From positions 8,267,425 through 8,331,424 of the forward strand of contig MU058636.1 of assembly GCA_013265495.1 (NCBI GenBank): 64,000 nt of DNA, given 5' to 3'. The notes beneath the pieces are model-generated. The model had not been told where the DNA came from, ran no database searches, and was given only the letters and a program-made list of their open reading frames with translations. Both the position numbers and the translations under genes were made by a program. Of the stretch, positions 1 to 12,039 are shown piece after piece; within the stretch, counting starts at the first letter, position 1, and every line of letters begins with the position of its first letter. This DNA comes from Vicugna vicugna. Its lineage: Eukaryota.

Positions 1-795
1 TTCTGCTGAACAATGGGTCCTGGACTCTAGTTTTTGTTTTGTTTTTTTTAGGTAGAAAAATATTTTAATATATTATTCAATTCAGTTTTAAATCAATTCA
101 ACTGTAAAATGTAAATTTATTTTATTTTATTTTTTTAAATTAAAAGAATTTTAATTTTTAAAAATTGAAGTATAGTCAGCTTACAATGTTGTGTCAGTTT
201 CTGGTGTACAGCATCATGTTTCAGTCATGTGTATACATACATACATTCGTTTTCATATTCTTTTCCATTATAGGTTACTGTAAGATACTGAATATAGTTC
301 CCTGTGGTATACTGAAGAAACTGGTTGTTTATTTTATACATAGTCGTTAATGTTTGCAAATCTTGAACTGCCAACTTACCCTTTCCCCTCTGGTAATCGT
401 AAGTTTGTTTACTATTCTGTGTGGACTCTAGTTCTTGAACTATTCTGTGTGAGGATATAATCGTGTTTTTCCTCCTCAAACTTTTAGAGAATACTTTCCA
501 GATCTGATCTTTATTCATTTTAGACATTGGAAATATTGAGTGGCTAGTTTTTACTGAGACCTGTGAGAGCAGTCTTAGTGAAGAAAAGTGAAATTCTGAC
601 TAAAGTTGTCTTGAAGGAACTCACAATCTAATTGGGGAGCAATATTAACACAGGTTAAGCAAACTGGAACTCCACAAGGTAGTAGCAAATGGTGGGCCAA
701 AGGAATTCTGGAATATGGGATTTCAATTAAGTCTCTGCTACAATTTCCTTTTATTGATTTATCTATGTTGTTGGAACATGCGATATCCAATATAG
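1..795 (+). pseudogene. Pseudo-exon A (5' end outside window), split by the L1 insertion at 33-421
   Basis: Removing the insertion and one TSD gives SAEQWVLDSSS*TILCEDIIVFFLLKLLENTFQI*SLFILDIGNIEWLVFTETCESSLSEEK*NSD*SCLEGTHNLIGEQ. A frameshift then gives ...KWWAKGILEYGISIKSLLQFPFIDLSMLLEHAISNI with donor G|GTAAAT at 796. WLV..LSEEK resembles recalled DNAAF9 WLVEDNEVKLSEK. The 3' half is less certain because 610-700 also looks L2-like. Confidence 0.45.
33..421 (-). mobile_element. 5'-truncated lineage-specific L1 3' end with a probable 3' transduction
   Basis: 165-400 is closely similar to the reverse complement of the L1 3' UTR at ~14740-15000. TSD tggactctagtt at 21-32 and 422-433. There are two poly(T) tracts. 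Confidence 0.9.
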
Positions 796-1309
796 GTAAA
801 TTTTTCAAATAACTGAACTTTACCATGTCAGGTCTCTCTTTCTTCTGGTCAGTACATTCCAACCTCTTGCCCATCCCTGGTTCCTCAAACACATCAAGCC
901 TTTGTCATTCTGTACTGTTTCCTCTGCTTCAGATGAACTGTGACTCACCAAATGCAGACAGTAGGAGAGCAGGAGGCTCTGTCTGGGCTGTGCCTCTATT
1001 CCCAGTCATCTAAGGGTTCAGTAAATACTTGCTGAATAAATAAATGTATGCATTTCTTTTTGATGCCTCAGATACACTGGGTTCATCTCATTTATTTCTC
1101 TTTGCCTAAAACATCTTTGCTTTTCTTTTACAACCTTTTCCACCTTCGCCTAAAAACAAATCATCTACTTATCAGTTTGGTTTCATCCTCTGGATAGCTT
1201 TCCTTGGTCCCTGCCCTGCCATCTTCTTCAGAGAATAATAGGAATAGTAGTCCCTGCGATGTATCTCTGGATACATTGTGCATACTTGTATTATATCACT
1301 GACTTTTCT

Positions 1310-1440
1310 ACAAGACTATAAACCCCTCATGTCAGGGGTTGCTTTTCCCCACTGTATTTGCAGCACATAGAATAATTACTCATGGAATAATTACTCAACA
1401 AATATCCTATGACTGAACAGAGGAATAAATGAATGACTAA
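1310..1440 (+). mobile_element. L2 3' end fragment
   Basis: ctcaacaaatat...gaataaatgaatga is the L2-type tail. Confidence 0.6.
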
Positions 1441-1459
1441 ATCTGTTTCAAATTCCCAG

Positions 1460-1673
1460 ATGCCCTTTTAGTTTTATTTCTGCCTCTTATCTATGTTCCA
1501 TAATACTATTAGTATTTGAAAAATAACCTCTAGAGAGCAGATTTCCGTATTTCATTTGCTATTCCTTTTATCTAAGAATCTCATCTCCGACTAGTTTAGA
1601 AATACTCTCTGAACAATGTCTATTTTTCTGACTTTGTAGTTCAACTAATCCTAATGATGATAGCTGAAAAGTT
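1460..1673 (+). pseudogene. Pseudo-exon B
   Basis: Acceptor ttcccag at 1459, donor GTTAGT at 1674. Reads CPFSFISASYLCSIILLVFEK*PLESRFPYFICYSFYLRISSPTSLEILSEQCLFF*LCSSTNPNDDS*KV. It is followed by a 69-nt intron with a ttctaat branch-like motif and a pyrimidine tract. Confidence 0.55.
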
Positions 1674-1742
1674 GTTAGTGGGGAAAAAAAAGAATATTTC
1701 TGTAAAATTAAAGTTCTAATCTCCGCCATTATTTGTTTCTAG

Positions 1743-2184
1743 GCCACATTAACCTCTTTAATGACTCCAGAATGTCCTGATTCAGGGGCAATGGAACACT
1801 TTGAACCATGGAGTGATTCTTTTGCAGTGAAAATCCTGCAATCTTGGCTCTGCAAATATTTTGAATTTGATCTCTTTCCTCCATTATCTAAAGATTTTCT
1901 CTGAATGATTCTGGCTTCTTTCCGTGTACCTCTGGCTTCCTGTCTTACTCTCTCTTGATTTTCTGAGTACTTGTGCTTGTCCATCTGTTGACCTGTATTT
2001 TGGACCTGGATGCAAGCTTTAGGTTTGCATCTTACTTTTGTTTTCTTTCTGATATTCAAACTTTGGACCAGCATTGTCACAACCCAGTTTCCCAAGATGC
2101 ACGAATTTTCCAAAAGAAAAAAAAAAAAGTACTGAAAAATCTAAATTTACAGAAATATGGTTTCTTAATTGTTACTTATATAGG
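1743..2184 (+). pseudogene. Pseudo-exon C
   Basis: Acceptor ttatttgtttctag, donor GTTAGT at 2185. Reads ATLTSLMTPECPDSGAMEHFEPWSDS...SKDF, with a frameshift near 1895, then SLNDSGFFPCTSGFLSYSLLIF*VLVLVHLLTCILDLDASFRFASYFCFLSDIQ...QKYGFLIVTYIG (includes supplied ORF 1973-2212). Confidence 0.7.
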
Positions 2185-2526
2185 GTTAGTTAGAAAGTCA
2201 CAGTTTTTATAACTATAAGTAGTAAATGATCCCTATTTAAAAGTGGTTCTATAAAACCAATCATACTTATCTTTGAGATTAGAAAATAAAATATTATCAA
2301 AAGTATGCTGTAGATCAAGTTTTAGCAATTAAATCATGAGGATCATGAAAAAAGAAGTTTACTTAATCATTAGAAAGATACCTGAAATCACACCTAACCA
2401 CATGAGAAAAATTTCATTAACAAACTGTATCAAATCAAAAAGAAGTTTACTTTCAGTGTTAATGGTGATGATGATAAACTAGTCGGTACTTACTTATACT
2501 AATGAAAACAGGTTTAGTCTAAATAG

Positions 2527-2700
2527 GGTTATGCTTACTTGACACTCTCAAATATGGCATACTGGAGTTATTTTTTTACCTTGGCTTCAGCTAAAACTGT
2601 TCCTTCTAGTTTTCAGAAGGAAACCTTGCCAGGAAACAATTCCACTGTCTAACTTGTAATGAGTTACTATGATCAGTGAGCCAGTTTTTCTTTAGCCTAG
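2527..2700 (+). pseudogene. Pseudo-exon D
   Basis: 174 nt, phase 0/0, donor GTAATA at 2701, weak acceptor. Reads GYAYLTLSNMAYWSYFFTLASAKTVPSSFQKETLPGNNSTV*LVMSYYDQ*ASFSLA*, with stops at 2650, 2677 and 2698. Confidence 0.65.
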
Positions 2701-3609
2701 GTAATATTTTACCAGTTACGTTTTAAAAACATAAAATAATGTTTAAGTTACCTCTCCTCCATTTAACCAGACTAATGAATTTACTTCATGTTATAAACTA
2801 ATTAAAGAATATTTTAGAAGCAAGCTTTGCCCTTTAAAATTGCCTAGTGGTCAAACACCCACTGGTTCTCAATTTTTCAGATAAGATGAAGTGAAGCATC
2901 AGAGTAGATACATTTTGCCTGACACGAAATAGCACTCAATAAGGAGAGGTTCCATTGTCCTTATTAATTGCCATTATTCATTTTTAAAATGAGATTGTCT
3001 TTCAACTGACTTTGGGTAAGTGAACAGTTTCTATTAGAAAGTTCATTTTGGTTAAGTCCAGCACAATTAATAATTGGATATAAAGTCTTGTAAAACTGCG
3101 TATGATTCACACATTGCAACGGTTTTTCGGGTTGGGAGTGGAAAGAGAAGTAGAATGGGGAGAATGGAAATTTTCATTGGAATTGCTATTTCTTCAGAGG
3201 CTCAGAAAAAATAATAACTTCTTTAGAAAGTGATAATAGTAGCCTAGGGTAGATTTTTTTTCGAAGGTAGAAGACCCCAGAATCCTAGAGATTCGTTAAC
3301 TCAGTTGTTCCTTTTCCACTTCCTCTGTCAATGACTGAGTGAAGACAATTCTGGGGATATTTAATTTTAGTATAAATTGTTGCATTTTCCTTTACCTACA
3401 CTCTGAATCCTGTCCCCTTCTGTTTCTGAGGAGCATTATTTTATGAATTATTGTCTTTGTCTTCTATATCTTAAACATTTTTGTTCCTATAACTTCTTCT
3501 CAGATCATAGGGATATTCAAAGTGTTCCCTTCCAAAAGCCAAAACTGCATATCTCCAAATCCTACTCTGTTCTTCCTGCCCTTATTTACCTTCAATCTAG
3601 TTATATCTT

Positions 3610-6600
3610 CCTTTCTTTTATTCCTGCCTTATGGTGCATATACATTTTATTTACTTTTCCTGTCTTATTGCATTGGCTAGGATTTCCAGTATGATGCTGA
3701 ATAGGAGTTGTGAGAGGAGACATCCTTGTCTCATTCCTGATCATATCAGGAAAGCATCTAATTTCTCACCATTTAAGATGATGTCAGCAGTAGGCTTTTT
3801 GTAGATGTTCTTTATGAAGGTGAGGAAATTCCCCTCTATTTCTAATTGCTGGGAGTTTTTGTCATAAATGAGTGTTGGTTTTTGTCAAATGATTTTTCTG
3901 CAAATTTCTTAATCTTTCCAAAGAAGCTGCTTTGGGATTTGTTGACTTTCTCTATTGATTCCCTATATTCAATTTCATTGATTACTGTTAATTTTATAAT
4001 TTATTTCCACCTGGGTACTTTGAATTTAACTTGCTCTTCTTTTTCTCATTTCATAAGGTAGAAGTTTAGACCTTTGATTTTAGATCTTTCTTCTTTCTAA
4101 TATATGCATTGAATACTATAAACTCTGTCTTTGCTCTATCCCACAAATTTTGATAAGTTGTATCTTCATTTTTATTTACTTCAAAATATTATTTAATGTA
4201 TCTTAAGTCCTAGTCTTTGTCTTATACTTTGACTCATGTGTTATTTAGAAGTGTGTTTTTAGTCTCCAAATATTTGGGGATTTTCCAGCTATCTTTTCAT
4301 TACTGATTTCTGGTTTAATTCCCTTGTGGACTGAAAACATACTTTGGGTAATGTCTATTCTTTTAAATTTGTTAAAGTGTGTTTAAGACCCAGACTGTGG
4401 CTTATCTTGGTTCCCTGTGAACTTGAAGAGAATATTTATTCTGCTATTATTGGATGAAGCATTTTATAGATGTCAATTAGATCCGGATATTGATGGTACT
4501 GTTCAGTTCACCTATGTTTTTACAGATTTTTACCTGCTGGGTCTGTCAGTTACTAAGAGAGGATAGTTGAAATCTCCAACTATAATGTAGACTAGTCTTT
4601 CTCCTTGAAATCCTATCAGTTTTTGTTGATGCTATGTTATTAGACACATACACATTAAAAATTGTAAAATTTTCTTAGCAAACTGACCGCTTTATCGTTA
4701 TGTAATTCTCCTCTTTATTCTTGATAATTTTTCTTGATCTGAACTCTTCTTTGTCTGCCATTTGTATAGCTACTCCAACCTTCTTTTGATTAGTGTTAGC
4801 ATGGTATATCTTTTCTTATCTCTTTACTTTTAATTTATCTGTTGCTTTATATTTAAAGTATGTTTCTTGTAGACAACATATAATTGGGTCTTTCAAAAAA
4901 ATCACTCTGATGATCTCTGCCTTTTAATTGATGTACCTAGATCATTGACATTTAAAGTCAATGATTATTGATATACTTGGATTAATTTCTCTCATATTTT
5001 TACTGTTTTCTAGTCATTGTACTTGTTCTTTCTTTTTTTTCTTTTTTGACTTACACTTTTTTCCTACTCTCTGTGGTTTTAATTGAACATTTTATGTTAT
5101 TTTTTTCTCTCCTTAGTGTATCAAGTTCACTTAAAAAAACTTTTTTAGTGGTTCCCTTCAGATTTTCAATATAAATTACTACTAACCTAATTTCACTTTC
5201 AAATAATACTATACTGCTTCACAGATATTACAAGTACCTTATAACAGAATATTCTCAATTTCTCTTTTCCATCCTTTATAACATTGCTATCATTGATTTC
5301 ACTTATCCAAAAGTTATAATCACTGAATATATTGTTGCTATTATTATTTTGGAAAACTTGTTATAAGTTAGATGAATTAAGAATAAGAAAAAGAAAATAC
5401 TTTACTTTGTCTTTATTCCTTCTCTAACATTTTTCCTTTTAAAATGCAGCTCCAAGTTCTGACCTATATTATTTTCCACTTCTCTGAGGAACTTTTTAAC
5501 ATCTCTTGAAAGGTAGGTCTACTGGTGAAAAAAAAAACCCTCAATTTTTGTTTATTTGAGAAAGTATTTCCCCTTCACTTTTAAAGGATAATTTCATTGT
5601 ATAGAGATTTTTTGTCAGCAGTCTTTTTTTCTGATACTTTAAATATTTCACTTTACTCTCTCCTTATTTGCATCAAGAGAAGTGTGATGTAATTTGTATC
5701 CTTGCTTCTCTATATTTGTAAGATGGTCTTATACCCCTCTGGCTTATTTCAAGGTTTTCTCTGTGTCTTTGACTTTATGCAGTTTGAATATGATGTATCT
5801 CAGGACAGATTTGGTATTTGTCCTTCTTAGTATTCTCTGAGTTTCCTGGATTCCTCTCATTAATTTTTGAAAATTCTCAGCCATTATCATTTCATACATT
5901 TTCTCTCTTCTGTTCTCTCGTTTTTCTCTTTCGGATATTCCAATATGTATACGTTATGTCTTTGTAATTGTCCCACAGTTCTTGGATATCCTATTCCAAT
6001 TTCTAAAATTATTTTTCCTTTTGATTTTCAGTTTTAGAAGTTGCTATTAGCATTTCTTCATGCTCACCTATTCTTTCCGTGGTTGTGTGTAGTTTATTGA
6101 TGAGCTTATCAAAATCATTCTTCATTTGTATTATAGTGTTTTTTATTTCTTGCACATTCCTCAAAATTTTAGAGTTTTCATCTTTTTGCTTACATTATCC
6201 GTCTGTTCTTGAATTTTGTCTTCTTTTTACATTAACATCCTTAGCATATTAATCATAGTTGTTTTAAATTTTCAGTCAAATAATTCCAATATCTCTATTG
6301 TGTCTGAGTTGAATTCTGATGCTTCTTTGTCTCTTCAAACTGTGGGGGTTTTTTTGTTGTTGCTGCTTTTATTTATTTATTTATTTTTGTACTTTAGAAT
6401 GCCTTGTAATTTTTTTGAAAGCTGAATATGACGTTGTGGATAAAAGGAACTGAGGTAAATTGGCCTTTAGTGTAAAGCTTTATGTTTATCTGGCTAGGAG
6501 TTATGCTGTATTTGCTGCTTGCTGTAGCTGTAGGTATCAGGAGCTAAAACTTCCTCTAGTGTTTTCGTTGTTGTCTTCCCTGCCATCTTTGGGATCTTCT

Positions 6601-7370
6601 TCTTCAAGAAGGTGCTGTTCTTTCAGTTGTAATCCCCTGTTATTATAAACAGGAGCTCTAAGATGTGGTAGTCAGGTGTGAGGGGAGGGTAAGCATTTAG
6701 GCCTCAGCATTTTAGTGAGCCTGTGTCCCTGGGCTGTAACCTTCACAAATGCTTCCTAGTGTTTTGTCCACCCTTAAATGATACAGAAAGGCTAGAGAGG
6801 ATTGGAGTTGAGTATTTCCCTTCCCTTAGGTCAGTTAAGCCCTGGTTAAATCCCAGTATGTTAGGCCCTGGTAAAAGTTTTGCTTAAGGACAGGTGCTGT
6901 TAAGGAGAATATAATATTCTGGGCTTATTTTAAAATGACTATTTTTGTTCTTCTGCTAGAATCGTGAGGAAATTTTCCTCTGATCGTCACTGAGAGTAAC
7001 TGATAGTACCCCTGAAGATAAAATTTATTAAATTATGAGGCCCCATACCTCAAGTCTGGGCATGACTGGAGTTTTAACCCTGAGATTTTGTTCACATTGA
7101 ATTTACAGCAGTTCATCAATTGCAGTTTAAATATTCTCACCCTAGCACTGGTTCCTGCAAAGACTTCTGCTTCTGGGTTTCTACTTTGATCAAAGTTACA
7201 ATCCTCTGTATCTTCCTGTTTACTACTCCAATTTTGGGAAGAGCGGTTTGTCCTGTGACCTCATTTCTTTCACATATCTAAGAAATGCTGTCAGTTTGCA
7301 ATTTGTTTGATGCTTTTATTGTTGTGAGGATGGGAGTGATGGCTTCCATGCTCCTTACATGCTAACTGGT
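3610..7370 (-). mobile_element. Old L1 (L1M type): ORF2 fragments, ORF1 and 5' UTR region, degraded, with an internal deletion
   Basis: Long T-rich tract with typical antisense L1 motifs (ggctaggatttccagtatgatgctgaatagg..., atcccacaaattttgataagttgt, tttcttgtagacaacatataattgggtc, gagaaagtatttccccttcacttttaaagga). Confidence 0.9.
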
Positions 7371-7817
7371 TCTTCCTTTCTTTTCAACATCCAAACTTAT
7401 TAAACAGTGTTCTATATTCAGTTTCTTTTTCTTTATTTCCCATTTCTCAGCTCCTCAATATCCCAGTTTTGCTCTCACCATCCAACGATATGGCTCTTAA
7501 TGAGGTCACTCATAAACATCTAATTGCTTTCTCTAGCCCTCTTAATTGCTTTGCTCTAATCCAACTTCCTCTCAGACCTAGACTATTAAAATTATTTTAA
7601 CTGGTCTCTTCACTTACAATTTTGCCCACTCCAATCCATTTTCATATAATAGCTTGCAAATTCTTTTAAATATATAATAATGAAGTATTTCAACTCTCTC
7701 TCCTTCTCGACACATGGAGTGGTATAGAGCTTCCTTATGCAGTTGACCTAAGATGCGATTACGTGACTTGCTTTAGCCAATGATTTGCAATATATAGATA
7801 GAAACTTAGAGACAGTG

Positions 7818-8309
7818 TGTATTGTTATTTATTTCTGTGTAACAAATTATCCCAGAACTCACACAATAATTTTTTTTCTCACAGTTTCTTTTGTGTCATG
7901 AACTTTGAAGTTGCTCAGTTGTTTTGTTCTGGGTCAGAGTCTCTGATTGCCCTGCAATCAAGATATTGTCCAGTGCTGTAGTCATCTGAAGTCTGAAGAT
8001 CCTCTGCATGGGCTGGAGCCTTTAGTTTCCTGCTGGATGTTGACAGGAGGTCTCAGTTCTTCACCACATGGGCCTCTCCATAAGACTGCTAACAACATGG
8101 CAGCTAACTTCTCCCAGGGACAGAAATCCAAGAGAGAGAATGACAGAAGTCACAGTGTCTTTTATGACCTACCCTTGGACATGATACAACATCACTTCTG
8201 CAATATTCTGTTGAGCACACAAGCCAACCCTAATACAATGTTGGAAGTGTGTGCGAATATAGGAAGCAGGGGTCATTTAGGGCCATTTTGTAGTAGGCTG
8301 ACTACTACA
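7818..8309 (-). mobile_element. MaLR solo LTR (MLT1E/F-like) nested in an older MLT1 LTR (~7690-8520, +)
   Basis: TG...CA termini and a perfect 5-bp TSD cagtg at 7813-7817 and 8310-8314. MLT1-type end tgtattgttatt...tgtaacaaattatccc. Confidence 0.85.
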
Positions 8310-9055
8310 CAGTGATACTTCCTCACTTCTCTTTTCTTTCTGGTATAGTGGACTTTACCATATGAAGTGGAGTTTTCTCCAATCAGGGTCATCTGTCCAC
8401 GGGTCACTGCATGATAAACAGAGCCCCTCTGCTGACCCATGATGAACGTATAGCAAGAATAAAAAATTAATAATCCTTGTTTTAAGGCACTGAGATTTTT
8501 GAGGTGAATCTTGCTGCTTGGAATGTGCTTGTGATGGTTGGAGCCCCAACAGCCATATTGGTTTCTGAGTATAAGAGCCATAACTTAGGTATGGCTAAAT
8601 AGGTAGCTGAAAGAATCTGAGTCCCCAAAGCTTACTGAGGCCAGAAACCAATCTGCTTACTTATGGACTTCGTTTATATGAGAGAGCCAAGTTTCTCTCT
8701 TGCTTTATGCTACTGGTATATGCTATTAACATTTTTAATGGTTTCTCTCTGTACTTGGAATAAAATTGAAATTCCTTATCATGACCAACAAAGCTCTAAT
8801 GATTTGGCCTTCACCTAAATCCCCATCCTCTTCTATCCATTGTTTTCTCTGCACCATGCACATTGACCTGCTCTTTTGATCTCTGATCTCTCTGTGAGCT
8901 GATTGGGGTAGTTGATAATATTTCTAGCTCAGTTCTTCTCAACTGTCTTGAACTCATGTTTCTTGTGAGTGAATGTGGAAAGTGCAAACCCCACTATACT
9001 CTCCCAGTGTCTAACATTTTTCTAAGGAGCCAAGATTTGGCCTTAATTCCTATAG

Positions 9056-9352
9056 TTAATATTATCAAATCAAAAAGTATTTAAATCATCTTGCAAATAT
9101 AACACTGTATTCTGACATTTGTATTGTAGTTAAGATACAGATTAATGGGAAAAGACTGGCATACATTGCTGATGTAAATTCCCAGTTTATCTTAGCTGAG
9201 AATACAGAATTTAACAGAAACGAAATGACTATACTGGACAGGAACAAACAGCCAAGTGTCTTGGTCTTTGATTCCTTGCTGATAATGGTTTCCAGAATAG
9301 TAGCATCCTGTTACAGTTGAGAAGTCTAATTCTTGCACTGCCACTGTCTGAC
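9056..9352 (+). pseudogene. Pseudo-exon E (3' end uncertain, may extend to ~9580)
   Basis: Acceptor ccttaattcctatag, phase 0. Reads LILSNQKVFKS, frameshift, VVKIQINGKRLAYIADVNSQFILAENTEFNRNEMTILDRNKQPSVLVFDS, frameshift, LADNGFQNSSILLQLRSLILALPLSD. Confidence 0.75.
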
Positions 9353-9826
9353 GTTAGCATATAAAACAAGTCTAAGTTATATTGCTGTTAGCATGGAATC
9401 AAGCTTTCCCCCCACCTGCTTATAATAAGGGAAAACGTTTAAAAAGTTTTAACTTTATGTAAACGTTTATGTAGCTATATGTCAGGGGACTTAATTAGAC
9501 TTGAAACATGTTCAATAACTGATTTATAGCAATTTTCATTTTGTAATTATTTAAAAAGGATGGTTGTGCAGTGTGGGGTGGGTGTTCATTATTTTTTGGA
9601 AACATATAACTGTTATTTCCTTATCACTGTCATTGAACAACATAAAGCAGAACCTCCTTAAATTTTGTCAGACATACAACTTATGCAACTAATTATAGAT
9701 CAAAAAAATTTACTGTTTTGAGAGTCCAATTAGACAATTTCTTTTGGTGGATGAGTTTTAGGAAAGATGATTAGAGAAAACAAAGATGGTACATATTAAT
9801 TGTGCCTTACTGTCTGAATTTTTTAG

Positions 9827-9997
9827 AAATATGAAGAGCACTTCATTTCACAGAGTGTAGAGTGGGTGACTTTCATGTTCTAAAAGAAAGATGGAGACTT
9901 GAAAAACATTAATATTAATTTGCTTGATGAGATTCATTTTACTTTTATTTTTCATGGCTGCATGAATCTAGGACTCAGCATGCTGCCTTTAAAATAG
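9827..9997 (+). pseudogene. Pseudo-exon F
   Basis: Acceptor aattttttag. Reads KYEEHFISQSVEWVTFMF*KKDGDLKNININLLDEIHFTFIFHGCMNLGLSMLPLK*, with one internal stop (TAA 9881) in 57 codons of very AT-rich DNA. The donor is degenerate. Confidence 0.7.
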
Positions 9998-10286
9998 TAC
10001 GAACTCTCTTTATGAATGAATATAAATATACTTATATTAATCAACAGATATATAAGTGTATATGTTGAATATATGAATATATTTTTTGACATAGTTGTTG
10101 AATAAATTAATGACAAAATTCACAAGAATTAATTAAAAGAAAACTGGTTTACTTTTCGTGAAGTGAATCAGTAGAATTTCTAAAACATTTCAAATTATAT
10201 ACTTTAAAATGCACAAGTATTCACAAAAATTGAAAATGGAATTTCTCTTTCTTTGAAATTTGCTTTTTATTATTGTCTATCACAAG

Positions 10287-10429
10287 GATCTGCCCACAAA
10301 TTCTATTTTAAACTGAAATGAAGTTCAATTCATTAATCTCATAGCAGCAACAGGATTGGATTAATTAGTTGTTTATAAATACTATGTTATACTTGGGATT
10401 TTTCATGAACAGTAGTATTGAAGAAGTCA
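10287..10429 (+). pseudogene. Pseudo-exon G
   Basis: Reads DLPTNSILN*NEVQFINLIAATGLD*LVVYKYYVILG, frameshift, FFMNSSIEEV. Candidate donors GTAAAT at 10430 or 10466. Confidence 0.65.
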
Positions 10430-10880
10430 GTAAATTCCCTTCAAATCTAGTTTTTATTCTTTAGAGTAAATGAGATAAAAATATCACAGCACAGAATAGT
10501 TGTGAGGATTAAATGAGAGCATAGGCTCATGTTAGTGTAAAAGTTTTGTTAATTATTTTATTCAACAGATATTCACCGAGTCACTTTGTGCTGGGAAAAT
10601 TTCAGTGAAAAAGATGACAAAGTTCCTGATCTCATGGAGAGTATATTTTCATGAGGCAATCCAAACAATAAAAATGTAAACAAAACCAACAATTTAAAAT
10701 AGCAAAGATTACTGTGAAGAATAATAATCTACAACTAGAAAGTTTATGTTATATATTATTTTTTTAAAAACCCAGACTTTCATGAAAGCATTATAAGTAC
10801 AAATTTAGAATTTAGTGTGGATTTTTAAATCATTGACTATGGAATAGAGAAATATTCTGATATGGGATTTTTAATTACAG

Positions 10881-11080
10881 TTTTGGCCAACAATTCTGTT
10901 ACACTATTTCCTACAAGTAGACACCATTGAACAATTAGTTGTTTACCTTCCCAATTGCTTAGCTTTTTTATATTTTAAGCAATCATTTAGTGTTAAGCAT
11001 TCTGACTCAAATAGTATAACTTTTTCAAAAATTTTCCTTAGACGACATAATAGTAAAACTGAGACACTGCAAAATTCTAG
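10881..11080 (+). pseudogene. Pseudo-exon H (start of the second repeat unit; donor apparently mutated GT>AT)
   Basis: Acceptor ttttaattacag, 67 stop-free codons: FWPTILLHYFLQVDTIEQLVVYLPNCLAFLYFKQSFSVKHSDSNSITFSKIFLRRHNSKTETLQNS. It ends AG|ATAAAC in phase 2, matching the phase of the next exon. Confidence 0.7.
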
Positions 11081-11265
11081 ATAAACTAAGCATGGGATCA
11101 TGTTTGTAGAAATGAAATGTTTCTGATTATATTCACATGCTTAAATAGAAATGAGCTAGTAAACAAACTAAAGAAAAAGAAAGAAAATATGCTCCATGTT
11201 ATGCCCTGCATTTTATCTTTTATTTAGTTTGTTTGCCGTGTGAATCTTCTTTTTTTTTCTTGTAG

Positions 11266-11443
11266 TATAACTGTTGTCAGTGAAGAGACATTACACTCCT
11301 TGAGAAAGCAGCATTGTTACTGAGGGGAATTTATCCCCTATGCCAAAGAGCTGTGCAAAAGAAAATGTTCTTGGAATCAGAAAAGTGAACTATGACGTCC
11401 CCTTTAGCTGGAAGGGAAACTGCCAGATAGGGAGATTTTATAA
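11266..11443 (+). pseudogene. Pseudo-exon I
   Basis: Strong acceptor (T-tract, cttgtag) and donor GTGAGA at 11444. Reads ITVVSEETLHSLRK, frameshift, SIVTEGNLSPMPKSCAKENVLGIRKVNYDVPFSWKGNCQIGRFYK. Confidence 0.75.
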
Positions 11444-11537
11444 GTGAGATTATGTTCAGAATATTTACTGGAAAATATTCTACCCAGTCTCTGAATTTCT
11501 GAGAATTTATCAACATGTTTTGTTTTCTTTTCTTCAG

Positions 11538-11798
11538 AAAAAAAGCTGTTCCACACTCTCTAACCTTTAGGCATATAAGGGAAAAGAAATCCTACTTTAT
11601 TACTCACATTTTGGGTTTTCTTGAGGATACTCAGGTTATATAAATAGAGCCAGTGTTGGCATGTTTGTTTTATGAGACGGCTAATTGTAAGGAAAGGAAT
11701 CTCCTTTATAGTGCTAGAAATTTCTCTTTTTAACTCTGGCTGAGGAGTGGCCACTCTGATGCTCTCACTTATTTATGTCTGACCTGGAGCAAATAACT
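11538..11798 (+). pseudogene. Pseudo-exon J
   Basis: Strong acceptor ttttcttttcttcag after a 94-nt intron, phase 2/2, donor GTAAAT at 11799. Reads KKAVPHSLTFRHIREKKSYFITHILGFLEDTQVI*IEPVLACLFYETANCKERNLLYSARNFSF*LWLRSGHSDALTYLCLTWSK*L. Confidence 0.75.
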
Positions 11799-12039
11799 GT
11801 AAATCAAATAATTAAATTAAGACTTTTTGATTGTCTATGCTACCACTTAATCATACTTTTCTTTGATAAGGGCACAAATGAAAGGTTATTTTGATACTAA
11901 ACTATCAGAATAACCTTCAGCATAAAATATTTCATAACCCATGTCTTGGCTGTATGATCGTTATAGATTTTTCTGAGAGAAAAATAAATTGCTTATTTAA
12001 CCTTAGCTCTTAAAGTCTTTGAGAATTTTGAGTAAAAGG

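Noticed and set aside
1739..2113. 124-aa minus-strand ORF rich in K/E/R/Q
   Set aside because: It has no AG acceptor or ATG start and no partner exons. It is better explained as the antisense shadow of plus-strand pseudo-exon C.
9130..11330. Resemblance of exons E-I to the GREB1 C-terminal region
   Set aside because: Motif order was not colinear. The DNAAF9 comparison explains all exons in order.
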